In this document: in pieces, positions 19,533 to 29,127 of the stretch
Layout: the number at the start of each line of letters is the position of its first letter
How positions within the stretch are numbered: the stretch's first letter is position 1
DNA from: an uncultured Clostridium sp.
Lineage (GTDB): Bacteria > Bacillota_I > Bacilli_A > RF39 > UBA660
DNA: 64,000 nucleotides
Assembly: GCA_946402315.1 (NCBI GenBank)
Contig: CAMIWC010000004.1
Coordinates: 17,509 to 81,508, forward strand
Reading direction: 5' to 3'
Notes under the pieces: generated by a model
Told to the model about the DNA's origin: nothing
Databases searched by the model: none
Seen by the model: only the letters and a program-made list of their open reading frames with translations
Made by a program: the position numbers and the translations under genes

Positions 19533-20783
19533 ATGATAAAGATTATTAAAAAAATTGATTTTCTTAAAGTAATTACAATTATTAGTCTTATCATTGTCCC
19601 TTTTTTGTATATAGCTTTAAATATAGTTAAGAATAATTATGATAGATTTGGAGAAGAGTTTATCATAATTAGTTATATTATGTTCTATGTATATTTATTT
19701 ATTCTTTTAGTAGGATTATTTGAATTAATCTATAAGAAAAGAATATTTAATAAGAATTTATGTAGATCATATTCATTAATGTTCTTTGCATTATTCTATA
19801 TATTTGAAGTATTAGGAGTAGTTGGATTTGTTTATTATGATAATAATTTTAAAGAATGGTTAATTACTACTAGTGCTAGTTCAGTTAATTATAAATATGT
19901 AGCTGAATACTTATATGATACTGAAACTATTAATAATACAATGTCTAATATTGAACCAATAGAAGACTTAAGTGGTGATCTAGCAGATTTTGATATAGAG
20001 TATGATGATACTATATATGCTAATGCCGCTGAACAAGAAATACTTGATCATGAAGAAGGACAAGTTTATAAAATAGTAAAAATTAATGGTACATGTATTG
20101 GTTCTAATTATACTTATCAAGGATACATGGTAATAGTATATGATATAGATCATTTAAAACTAGTTAAAAGTAAAGGTGCTGGTGTAACATCTGCTTCTTA
20201 TGGACAAACATTAGATACTATTGCTAAACAAAATAATGCAGCGGTTGCCATTAATGCTGGTGGATTCTATGATCCAGGATGGAGAAGTAATGGAGGAATT
20301 CCTGCTGGGCCTGTAATTATAGATGGTGAACTAGTAACAAACTTTAGAAGAGGTAAGCATGGTGGAGGTTTAATAGGAATTACTAATGAAAATAAATTGA
20401 ATTTAGTTTCTAAGTATTCTACTTTTGAACCATCTGATTATAAATATGCTGTTGATTTTGGACCGTTCTTAATAGTAAATGGAAAAAATCAATATAAAAA
20501 TGTTAAATCATTTACTTGGGCAACTTCTAGAACTGCAATAGGTCAAAGAGAAGATGGTACAATTATTTTCTTAGTAATTGAAGGTTCACGTTCTCATACC
20601 AAAGGAGCTAGTTATGCCGATCTCGCTGCTATATTTGAAAAGTATGGAGTGGTTAATGCTGCTAACTTAGATGGAGGAACATCTACTTCTCTTGTAGAAA
20701 ATAATAAATTTGTAAATGTTCCTTGGAACGGAAAAAAAGAAACTCACAGAGGTCTTCCTAACGCTTGGATAATTACTAAATAA
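19533..20783 (+). CDS. Phosphodiester glycosidase (NAGPA/DUF2233) domain protein with an N-terminal multi-TM region
   Basis: The C-terminal domain has the motifs AINAGGFYD, FGPFLIVNG, RTAIGQREDG and NLDGGTSTS. Confidence 0.7.
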   Translation: MIKIIKKIDFLKVITIISLIIVPFLYIALNIVKNNYDRFGEEFIIISYIMFYVYLFILLVGLFELIYKKRIFNKNLCRSYSLMFFALFYIFEVLGVVGFVYYDNNFKEWLITTSASSVNYKYVAEYLYDTETINNTMSNIEPIEDLSGDLADFDIEYDDTIYANAAEQEILDHEEGQVYKIVKINGTCIGSNYTYQGYMVIVYDIDHLKLVKSKGAGVTSASYGQTLDTIAKQNNAAVAINAGGFYDPGWRSNGGIPAGPVIIDGELVTNFRRGKHGGGLIGITNENKLNLVSKYSTFEPSDYKYAVDFGPFLIVNGKNQYKNVKSFTWATSRTAIGQREDGTIIFLVIEGSRSHTKGASYADLAAIFEKYGVVNAANLDGGTSTSLVENNKFVNVPWNGKKETHRGLPNAWIITK

Positions 20784-20848
20784 AAAGAATATATCTATTA
20801 TATTTCTTTTTTTTGTGCTAAACTTTAGTTATAGGATAGGGTGATTAG

Positions 20849-23122
20849 ATGAAAAAAAATGGAATGTTAGTCGCAATATTAATTCTCAATCTATTAACTA
20901 TTGTGCTAGGTCTTTTAGTTAAAGTCTATGGAGTCATTACACTTGCTAACATTGTTCTATCTATCTACTATTTAAATAATGAAGATAGGACTCTTATATC
21001 AGATAGAAAAATTCTAATCGTAATGGGAATAATTAACTTGCTCTCATTGAAATGGATTTCAGCAGTATTAGATTTGATTCTATATGATGATGCTTCTAGA
21101 GAAGAACGTTTTCAAAAGATTGAATCAGGGGAAATAAAAGTTGAAGAAGTAACAGTTCCTGAAAAACCTAAAGTAGATCCTAAAGTTAAAAAGATTGATT
21201 TAACTATTAAGATTGGTGTATTCATGGTATTTGTTGCTGGATTTATCTTTGCAACTACAGGATGGGAAAGTTTAAATATCTTTATTAAAGGATTTATCTT
21301 TATACTTATTTCAGCATTATTTATATTCTTATCTAAATATAGTGAAAAGAATATTAAGATTAAATCTACTATATATTTGTATTGGTTCCTGGGGATGGCT
21401 TTCATTACCTTTATATATATAGCTATAGGATTAAATAACTTGTTTGGTATTTACTTCTCGTTAAATGGTGCTGGTGAAAGTTTATTTATGGCATCTATAT
21501 TTATAGTTATTGCTATACTAGGATTAATCAGTTACTTTAATCTTAAATCTGCTAATATAATGTACATTACTTATACAGCAGTTTTAATAGCTATTATAGA
21601 AACAATGGTTCATTTTGATTTATTACTAGAAACAAGTTTAGCAGTTATTCTAGGATTATTTACTTTACTAGAATTAATGGATTATAAAGAAGATAACGAT
21701 CTTTATACTTTAAAAATATTTAGTGAATCAGGAGCAGTTCTAACAATATTTGCTTTTGCATTATTATCATTCTCATATACACAAATTGCTTCTACATTAA
21801 TGCTTTCATTATTAGCATTAATTAATGTATATTTACTAAGTATGAAACATCAAGATAAACCTATTTCAAATTTTGTATCGATTGGATATTTCTTAGCACT
21901 TCTTCCTGCTTTTTCATTAGTAGAGAATGCTAAGACTTATATAGTATTATTATTAATATTTGTTACAGCAAACTATATTTTATCTTTAACATATAAAAAT
22001 GAAAGTGCTAAAAAGATATCATTAGTAGTTAGTGATGTCTTAGTATGTATAACATTCTTTGTATCATATCCAGAAGGATATTTAATGACATGTCTAGTTA
22101 CTGCAGTAGCATTATATATTTCTGGTATGACATTCTCTAAAGAAGGATTTAATAAGATAGAATTCTTATTTATACCAGTAAAATTATTATTAATAATTAT
22201 TTCATTACTATTATTAATAGAGAAATATGTCTTTGATGTTAATGTAATAGGTACGTCATTAACATTAACTTTCTTATTAGTAGCATTTGTATACTTTGCA
22301 ACTACTAATGAAGAAACTAAAAAAGTATTTAAATTTTATTCTGGAATACTTCCGGTAGTATCTTTAGTATATTTAATATCTTATGAGTTAATAGATGATA
22401 CTAGTATGATTGCGATATCTTTAGCTTCATTTGTAGCTATGTTAATCTTATACTTTGGATCTAATATGTATCATAAAGATGAAACAGATTCATTTAAACT
22501 ATATACTTATATCTTATTATTAATTTACTTGTATGTAGTTCCTAAAATCTTTGGATATATTTATATTAGAGATAGTTATATTTTATATACTGGAATTATT
22601 TCAATGTTATTCTATATTGGAGTAGCTATTCTAAATAGAGAAGATGAATACGACTATAATTTAGCTTTATTAGCTGTAGGAGTACCATTCTTTAGTATCT
22701 TAAATAATACTGAATTAGATGTCACTTTAAGTACTATATTAATGTCTTTACTTGTGTACTATCTAACGTTTACTATTGCTCAAATAGTTAAGAGTGAACT
22801 TGCTAAACAAATAATTGGTTATATAGGATATTCTCTAGCATTCTTAATGGTAGTATTAAATGATGATCCATATATTATTCTATATGCTATAGTACTTGCA
22901 TCTTTGTCAATATTATTTGGATTCTTGAACAAGAAAAATGATTGTAAGTTCTTTATAGGTATAATTGCTATTATAATTGAAATACTATTTGGATTTAGAG
23001 AATTATGGGCAGTAATACCTATATGGGCATATATCTTAATATTTGGTATTATCTTGATACTATTTGCTACTTATGTTCAAGCAAAAGATATTAAGAAAAA
23101 AGATAATGATAAAAAAGAGTAG
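20849..23122 (+). CDS. Large polytopic membrane protein (757 aa, about 20 predicted TM helices), unknown function
   Basis: It is a long uninterrupted ORF with alternating hydrophobic stretches, an SD (AGGGTGAT) and a rho-independent terminator at 23112-23137. Confidence 0.6.
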   Translation: MKKNGMLVAILILNLLTIVLGLLVKVYGVITLANIVLSIYYLNNEDRTLISDRKILIVMGIINLLSLKWISAVLDLILYDDASREERFQKIESGEIKVEEVTVPEKPKVDPKVKKIDLTIKIGVFMVFVAGFIFATTGWESLNIFIKGFIFILISALFIFLSKYSEKNIKIKSTIYLYWFLGMAFITFIYIAIGLNNLFGIYFSLNGAGESLFMASIFIVIAILGLISYFNLKSANIMYITYTAVLIAIIETMVHFDLLLETSLAVILGLFTLLELMDYKEDNDLYTLKIFSESGAVLTIFAFALLSFSYTQIASTLMLSLLALINVYLLSMKHQDKPISNFVSIGYFLALLPAFSLVENAKTYIVLLLIFVTANYILSLTYKNESAKKISLVVSDVLVCITFFVSYPEGYLMTCLVTAVALYISGMTFSKEGFNKIEFLFIPVKLLLIIISLLLLIEKYVFDVNVIGTSLTLTFLLVAFVYFATTNEETKKVFKFYSGILPVVSLVYLISYELIDDTSMIAISLASFVAMLILYFGSNMYHKDETDSFKLYTYILLLIYLYVVPKIFGYIYIRDSYILYTGIISMLFYIGVAILNREDEYDYNLALLAVGVPFFSILNNTELDVTLSTILMSLLVYYLTFTIAQIVKSELAKQIIGYIGYSLAFLMVVLNDDPYIILYAIVLASLSILFGFLNKKNDCKFFIGIIAIIIEILFGFRELWAVIPIWAYILIFGIILILFATYVQAKDIKKKDNDKKE

Positions 23123-23184
23123 AAATACTCTTTTTTTATTAGGAAAAAATCTATTTATAAATAAAAATATATATAGGTGATTAT

Positions 23185-23400
23185 ATGTTAAAAGTAGAGT
23201 ATGAATATAAAAAAGGATTCCTTTATGTTAACTTAGAAGGAATCCTAACTATTAAGAGTAGTTTTGAATTGTCTAATTCACTTATATTTATTTCTAGATG
23301 GAATAATATAGATAATATAGTTTTAAACATAGAAAAAGCTATAGGACCAAATAAATATCTAAATTATATCTTAGAAGATTTATTTGATTATATAGCTTAA
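23185..23400 (+). CDS. Small hypothetical protein (71 aa)
   Basis: It has a strong SD (AGGTGAT) and a plausible codon composition. I recognised no family. Confidence 0.35.
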   Translation: MLKVEYEYKKGFLYVNLEGILTIKSSFELSNSLIFISRWNNIDNIVLNIEKAIGPNKYLNYILEDLFDYIA

Positions 23401-24380
23401 GTTGTTGGATTATTATTTCCGTTATCTGGAGGAGTAGGAACTGATCCATCTACAGATGGTATTAATATTTCAGATACATCTGTTGGCTTATAGTTAGTAT
23501 TAACTACAGGTTCAGTTATAACATTTTCTTCTATAGGTGCAACTTCCTCTGTAATAAATGTTTTTGGTTTAGGTTTTTCTTCTACAGGTGCTGGTATAGG
23601 TACAGTAGGTTGAGCATGTGGATCAACTTCTGGTCTATTTAATTGATTTTGATTATTAGTAACTTTACCTAAATCATTAACTGTTAATTGTGTTTGTTGT
23701 CTTTCTACATCATATACATCTCTAGCATTATAGAAATCTTTATCTATCCAGAATACTCTAAGCATTGGATTAATAATTATTAATGCTATTCCTGTATAAG
23801 TTAAAACTGTTTTTAAATCTTCAGAAGACTGATCAGTATTATTACTATATAAACTACTTGAAGTATATGAACTTGAACTATATGAATTAGATCCTAATAT
23901 ACTAATTGAACTAGAACTATCATTGAATGCTGATAATAAGAATAATATTGTTAATATTCCAGCTGCAACATATTGAATCTTTTTATGAGTACTATTAACA
24001 TATGGTATTTCAAATACAAGAGTATTTAATAAGACTAGTGTTTCTATTTTAGAGAAGAATTCAATAGCTTTATTAAGTTCTAAAACAGCATCATAATTCT
24101 TAGCAGATATTAACATTACATCGATAATCATTAGAATCATATAAACTAATGTTAAAGCTGCTCCAGCATAAGCGATAAATAGATTTTGTCTATTACCGAA
24201 TATATTAGCAATTCTTGAAAGAATAAATACTCCTACTAAAAGATTAGTTGCTAATAAATATATAATCATACCAGTTTCGCCATAAATAGAAATCTTACCT
24301 AAACTGATCATTGCTAAAGCACCAAATACAAATACTGTTACTAAAATTAAAGCTAAATATATTTTCTTAAATGTGTCCAT
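23397..24380 (-). CDS. Membrane protein with Ser-rich and Pro-rich low-complexity C-terminal tail
   Basis: About 6 TM helices are followed by SSSSISILGSNSYSSSSYTSSS and PTVPIPAPVEEKPKPK regions. The start is set at 24380, behind an AGGAGG SD. Confidence 0.6.
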   Translation of the reverse strand: MDTFKKIYLALILVTVFVFGALAMISLGKISIYGETGMIIYLLATNLLVGVFILSRIANIFGNRQNLFIAYAGAALTLVYMILMIIDVMLISAKNYDAVLELNKAIEFFSKIETLVLLNTLVFEIPYVNSTHKKIQYVAAGILTILFLLSAFNDSSSSISILGSNSYSSSSYTSSSLYSNNTDQSSEDLKTVLTYTGIALIIINPMLRVFWIDKDFYNARDVYDVERQQTQLTVNDLGKVTNNQNQLNRPEVDPHAQPTVPIPAPVEEKPKPKTFITEEVAPIEENVITEPVVNTNYKPTDVSEILIPSVDGSVPTPPDNGNNNPTT

Positions 24381-24492
24381 ATATAGGCCTCCTATCATTA
24401 TCATTTTATCATATATTAAACTATATGGATTATAAGAAATTAGTGCATTATGTAAAGTAAATATGATATTATAGTTAATAGGAGGATATCTT

Positions 24493-25203
24493 ATGGACTA
24501 TACTTTAACAATAGACAATTTTGCAGGACCATTAGATTTATTATTACATTTAATAAAAGAATCTAAAATGGATATATTTGATTTAAAGATAGAAGAAATA
24601 ACTAAACAATATTTAGATTATATTCATAAGATGGAAGAGATGAATCTAAATATAGCTAGTGCTTATTTAGTTATGTCTGCTGAATTATTAGAGATTAAGT
24701 CTAAGATGTTACTTCCTAAACATGAAGATGATTCTGAAGAGGAAGAAGATCCTCGTGAAGACTTAGTTAATAGATTAATTGAATATCAAAAATATAAAGA
24801 ATTAACTAATGATTTTAAAAGTTTAGAAGAAGAAAGAAAACAAATAATTACTAAGTTACCAGAAAATATTAGAGAATATAGTGATGCGGTTACTAATAAT
24901 GGAGATGTTACTTTAGATGATTTAATTAGTGCTTTTCAAAAGTTCTTAGATCGCGAAAAAGAACGTCAACCAATACATACTAAAGTAACTACTAAAGAAC
25001 TTAGTGTTGAAAAAAGAAGAACTAGTATTAAGAAAATATTATCTATAAAGAAAAGAGTTAATTTTATAGAATTATTTGAAGAAATAAATAAAGAATATGT
25101 AATAGTTACCTTCCTAGCTATTCTAGAAATGGCTAAAGATAACGAAATAAAACTTTATCAAGATAAGAACTTTGATAATATAATATGTGAGGTGAGTCGA
25201 TGA
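24493..25203 (+). CDS. scpA: Segregation and condensation protein A
   Basis: It has the FAGPLDLLLHLI N-terminal motif and is followed by an overlapping scpB. Confidence 0.9.
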   Translation: MDYTLTIDNFAGPLDLLLHLIKESKMDIFDLKIEEITKQYLDYIHKMEEMNLNIASAYLVMSAELLEIKSKMLLPKHEDDSEEEEDPREDLVNRLIEYQKYKELTNDFKSLEEERKQIITKLPENIREYSDAVTNNGDVTLDDLISAFQKFLDREKERQPIHTKVTTKELSVEKRRTSIKKILSIKKRVNFIELFEEINKEYVIVTFLAILEMAKDNEIKLYQDKNFDNIICEVSR

Positions 25204-25769
25204 ATAAACAAGCAATACTTGAAGGATTATTATTTGTAGTTGGAGATGATGGACTTACTTTAAAACAAATAGAAGATATACTTGAAGTTACTCCAGAAGA
25301 AGCAAATAGTTTAATAGTAGAACTTAGAAAAAGTTATGAAGATGAATCTCATGGTATAAAGATTAGTATTTTAGGAGACCGATTTAAACTAAGTACTAAA
25401 AAAGAACATCGAGAATACTATAAGAAATTATTGGAAGATGAAGATAGTAATCTATCTCAAGCAGCTTTAGAAACTTTAGCTATAGTTGCTTATAATGAAC
25501 CATTGACTCGTATTATGGTAGATGAAATAAGAGGGGTAAATTCTCGTGAGATGTTACATAAGTTAGTTGCTAAAGGACTTATAAAAGAAGTAGGTAGAAG
25601 TGATCTTCCAGGACGACCTATTTTATATGCTACTACTAGTGAATTCCTAGATTACTTTGGACTTGCTTCTAAAGATGAATTACCTAAATTCGATATGATT
25701 GTAAATGAAGATGAAGATATAGATGAAGAAGATCTATATCATTCAAGATATACTGAAGATGAAGAATAG
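25200..25769 (+). CDS. scpB: Segregation and condensation protein B
   Basis: Motifs LEGLLFVVGDDGL, ETLAIVAYNEPLTR and GRPILYATT are present, and the C-terminal tail is acidic. Confidence 0.9.
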   Translation: MNKQAILEGLLFVVGDDGLTLKQIEDILEVTPEEANSLIVELRKSYEDESHGIKISILGDRFKLSTKKEHREYYKKLLEDEDSNLSQAALETLAIVAYNEPLTRIMVDEIRGVNSREMLHKLVAKGLIKEVGRSDLPGRPILYATTSEFLDYFGLASKDELPKFDMIVNEDEDIDEEDLYHSRYTEDEE

Positions 25770-26604
25770 ATTATTATTCACAATCACAGTCCTTTTATTT
25801 GTTTTTGTAATACTATATGGTTTAAGTAATAGTAGTAATAAAAATAAAGTAGAAAAAGAAGTATTAACTTATTTAAAAGATAAATATCATGAAGAATTTA
25901 AAATAAACAGTATTAAAGAATATAATTATGTCTTTGAAGAAGAATATGAAATAAGTGATGCCTTTGTTTATGAAATGGAAGTATCTTCTCATAGATTAGT
26001 TAGTTTTAAAGTGTACTATTATGAATATAGAAATAATTCATATGAAAAGAATGATGATTTAGATTTAATCTCTCCTGGAATATATGAGAATTATATTTAT
26101 GAATATAAAATTAGAGAGATAAAGAATAAGTACTATAAAGATATTCTAGGTATTATGAGTAAATCTAAGAATATAGAATTTAGTCTAGATAATATAGCTG
26201 TTGGACTAGATAATGTTTTATTTAAGAATAGAAATGATTCTAAAGAAAGAATAGATTTATATGATAAGTACTATAGTTTTAATAAGAGTGTTAGTGATCA
26301 AGAATTCTTAGATACATATTATTCTATTTCTAAGACTGATTCTTTAATTATTACTATGGATATTAACGATGATATAACTCCTAATAATATAGAGGAGTTT
26401 AAAGAAGAGATAAGAACTCTTGTAAAGTATTTAAATAAAAATCATATTTATAATTATGATATTAATATGAATCTAGATGGTTATGTTAATGCACGTGCTA
26501 CTAGATATACCGACAATAATAAAGAACAAATATATTTAATATTTGACTATCCTTCGTATTATGATACAGAAGATAGTTTTAATGTAATTATATTTGATTT
26601 ATAA
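25759..26604 (+). CDS. Hypothetical protein with an N-terminal membrane anchor
   Basis: The sequence begins with the signal-anchor-like MKNRLLFTITVLLFVFVILYG. The start is ambiguous (25723 or 25759). Confidence 0.5.
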   Translation: MKNRLLFTITVLLFVFVILYGLSNSSNKNKVEKEVLTYLKDKYHEEFKINSIKEYNYVFEEEYEISDAFVYEMEVSSHRLVSFKVYYYEYRNNSYEKNDDLDLISPGIYENYIYEYKIREIKNKYYKDILGIMSKSKNIEFSLDNIAVGLDNVLFKNRNDSKERIDLYDKYYSFNKSVSDQEFLDTYYSISKTDSLIITMDINDDITPNNIEEFKEEIRTLVKYLNKNHIYNYDINMNLDGYVNARATRYTDNNKEQIYLIFDYPSYYDTEDSFNVIIFDL

Positions 26605-26634
26605 TATAAATATAAGAATAAGGAAGGTGTAGAA

Positions 26635-27654
26635 ATGTTTTTAAGTGCATGTGAAAACTATTCATTTTTATCTAGTATTTTGCTTATAAAAAGAATAATA
26701 GAAATAGCTTGTATGCTTGTTCCGTTATTCCTAGTTTTAACTGCTGGTATAGCACTTGCTAAGATAGTAGTTAATCCTAATGTACAAATGACTAGAAGAG
26801 ATGTAAAAAAGATTGCTAATAAGTTTATAGCAGCCGCAGCAGTTTTCTTTGTTCCATTATTTGTTAGTATTCTAATGACTACTTTAGGACGTACTAGTGT
26901 TCTTAAGACTGATTGTTGGACTAATGCTAATAATGAAGCAATAGCGGTATATCGTGCTCAAAAAGAGATGGAAGATGCAGCTGAGAAAGAAAGATTAGAT
27001 TCAGAACATGCTGAAGCTGAAAAAACAAGAAAAGAAGTAGAAGAAGCTAGAGAAAGACAAAGACAAGAAAATGAAAAGAAAACAGAAGAAGAACTAAAAA
27101 AATATCAACAAACTGGTGGATTAAGACTTGGAGATGTAATTTATTATTGCCAAGCAGATTATTATATGTATCCATATGGTTCATATGGAACTATTAGATC
27201 TCATGGATGTGGTCCTACATCTTGTGCAATTATTGCTTCTACATGGTTTGGTCCTGAAGGACATTCTCCTGTTGATACAACTAATTGGATATGTGCTCAT
27301 AATGGATGTACTTCTAATGGTAGTTATTTCTATGTTTTAACTAATTATCTAGAAACTCTTGGAGTACAAGCTAGTGAATATCTTGCTTGGAATAAACCTA
27401 ATATAGAAAGAATGAATGAAGCTTTATTATCAGGAAATAGTATGGTTATTATTCTAGTACACGAAGATGGAGAGGCTGATACTTGCGCCTTTACTAATGG
27501 AGGACACTACTTAGTAATAACTGGAATAGTAGATGGTGAGTATTCAATTGCCGATCCAGCTGGTGGTGGACCTGAACGTAATAAACACACTTGGCCAGAA
27601 AGTTCATTTAGTGCTTGTGATAGAGTATCATTCTATATATATACGAAACCGTAG
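26635..27654 (+). CDS. Membrane-anchored papain-like (C39-like) cysteine peptidase domain protein, a putative cell-wall hydrolase
   Basis: The N-terminal two-TM module is homologous to that of the ORF at 60745. An E/K-rich coiled coil follows. The C-terminal domain has a candidate Cys (HGCGPTSCA), His (GGHYLVITG) and Asp (ADP). Confidence 0.65.
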   Translation: MFLSACENYSFLSSILLIKRIIEIACMLVPLFLVLTAGIALAKIVVNPNVQMTRRDVKKIANKFIAAAAVFFVPLFVSILMTTLGRTSVLKTDCWTNANNEAIAVYRAQKEMEDAAEKERLDSEHAEAEKTRKEVEEARERQRQENEKKTEEELKKYQQTGGLRLGDVIYYCQADYYMYPYGSYGTIRSHGCGPTSCAIIASTWFGPEGHSPVDTTNWICAHNGCTSNGSYFYVLTNYLETLGVQASEYLAWNKPNIERMNEALLSGNSMVIILVHEDGEADTCAFTNGGHYLVITGIVDGEYSIADPAGGGPERNKHTWPESSFSACDRVSFYIYTKP

Positions 27655-27662
27655 GTGAGATT

Positions 27663-28289
27663 ATGAAGAAGATATTATTAATTATATGCTTAATGTTTTT
27701 ATTAACAGGATGTACTGCTAATTATGAATTAACTTATAAAAAAGGATATTTTACTGAAGAGATTACTATTTATGAAGATAAAGAAGTAGCTAAACATGAA
27801 GAGTTTCCATCTATTACCAATATTAAAGCTAATTCTAATAAAGTTAAAATAAATGAAGACTCATATTATACTATTGAACATTCTACTGATGAAAAGAATA
27901 ATATATTAAAAGCAACTTATGTTTATAAAGATTTATCTTTTGATAAATCACTTGTATATAATGATTGCTTTTCTGAAAAGAGTTTCGTTGATGGAGATGA
28001 AAGTGTTTATATATATCTAGGTGGAGAAATGACTTGTGAACACTTAGAAAATGCTACTATAACTTTTAAAACAGATAAGCAAGTTATTAAACACAATGCT
28101 GATAAAGTTAAAAAAGGAGTTTATTCTTGGGATAGTATTCCTACAGATGGAATAGTTATTGAAGTTAGTAAAAAGAATATTAGTAAAGATGCTAATATGA
28201 TTCCTCCTGTTATTAGAATAATTATTATTGCTATATTACTAGGAATAGGAATCTATATATTAAAAAAATATAATGGTGTAACAGATTAG
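27663..28289 (+). CDS. Lipoprotein with an additional C-terminal TM anchor
   Basis: It has the lipobox LLTGC and a C-terminal helix IRIIIIAILLGIGIYIL. It is homologous to the ORF at 60078 (TGC-x-ANY-x-L-x-Y-x-x-G-x-FTE). Confidence 0.7.
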   Translation: MKKILLIICLMFLLTGCTANYELTYKKGYFTEEITIYEDKEVAKHEEFPSITNIKANSNKVKINEDSYYTIEHSTDEKNNILKATYVYKDLSFDKSLVYNDCFSEKSFVDGDESVYIYLGGEMTCEHLENATITFKTDKQVIKHNADKVKKGVYSWDSIPTDGIVIEVSKKNISKDANMIPPVIRIIIIAILLGIGIYILKKYNGVTD

Positions 28290-28337
28290 GTTGCATAATT
28301 AATTAACTATGATATAATTTGTTTTCGAGGTGATGAC

Positions 28338-28799
28338 ATGATCGATTTAAAAAAAGTAGTTTTGACTAATAATATGGATTTAAAAATTGATCAAGACGTT
28401 ACTTTTGATTTAGATTTATATCATATACCGGAATTAAAAGATTTAAGAAAAGTACATTTTATTGGTAGATTATATGAAACTGATTTAGAAGAAATAGTTA
28501 TTTCTGGAACTTTATCTGGAGATATAATTGTTCTTGATGCGATTAGTTTAGAAGAAAAAACGCTTCCGTTTTCTAAAGAAATAGAAGAAAATTTACTAGA
28601 AGAAGAGGAAAGTTCAAAAAATTATATTGATATTCTCGACGTTTTATGGCAAAATATTGTCTTAGAGGTCCCATCTAGGTATACTGATATTACTGATTAT
28701 AGTAAATATCAAGGGGATGGTTGGAGATTAATCAGTGAAGAAGAATTGAAAAACGAAAGCAATCCTTTCAATGTACTGAAAGATATAGAAAAGGAGTGA
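28338..28799 (+). CDS. yceD: YceD/DUF177-family protein (large-subunit rRNA accumulation protein)
   Basis: It has the size and acidic composition of the family and the conserved position immediately upstream of rpmF. Confidence 0.7.
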   Translation: MIDLKKVVLTNNMDLKIDQDVTFDLDLYHIPELKDLRKVHFIGRLYETDLEEIVISGTLSGDIIVLDAISLEEKTLPFSKEIEENLLEEEESSKNYIDILDVLWQNIVLEVPSRYTDITDYSKYQGDGWRLISEEELKNESNPFNVLKDIEKE

Positions 28800-28803
28800 T
28801 AAC

Positions 28804-29001
28804 ATGGCAGTACCTTTTAGAAAAGTTTCTAAAACTAGAAAAAGAATGAGAAGAAGTCACAATGCTCTTACACCTGTTGGAGTTGTAACATGTCCAGAAT
28901 GTGGAGCAGCTATTAAACCACATAGAGCTTGCCCTAAATGTGGAAGTTATAAAGGTAAAAAAGTAGTAGAGACTAAAGATAATAAAGAAGAAAATGCTTA
29001 A
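28804..29001 (+). CDS. rpmF: 50S ribosomal protein L32
   Basis: It begins [19 protein letters not shown] and contains a CPECG...CPKCG zinc ribbon. Confidence 0.95.
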   Translation: MAVPFRKVSKTRKRMRRSHNALTPVGVVTCPECGAAIKPHRACPKCGSYKGKKVVETKDNKEENA

Positions 29002-29127
29002 TAAGCATTTTTTTATTTATATAATTATATGCTATAATTATATTAGTTGAAGAAACAAGAAAATCTAGATAGAATGTGTGTATTCACATTCTTTTTTATG
29101 TTAAAATAATAATAGTAGGGTGATTAT

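Noticed and set aside
23185-23400. The 71-aa ORF read as a STAS/anti-sigma-antagonist-like protein (the LYVNLEGILT pattern).
   Set aside because: The similarity is limited to a few residues. The protein is too short for a STAS domain, lacks the phosphorylatable Ser context, and has no partner kinase or sigma factor nearby. I kept it only as a low-confidence hypothetical CDS.
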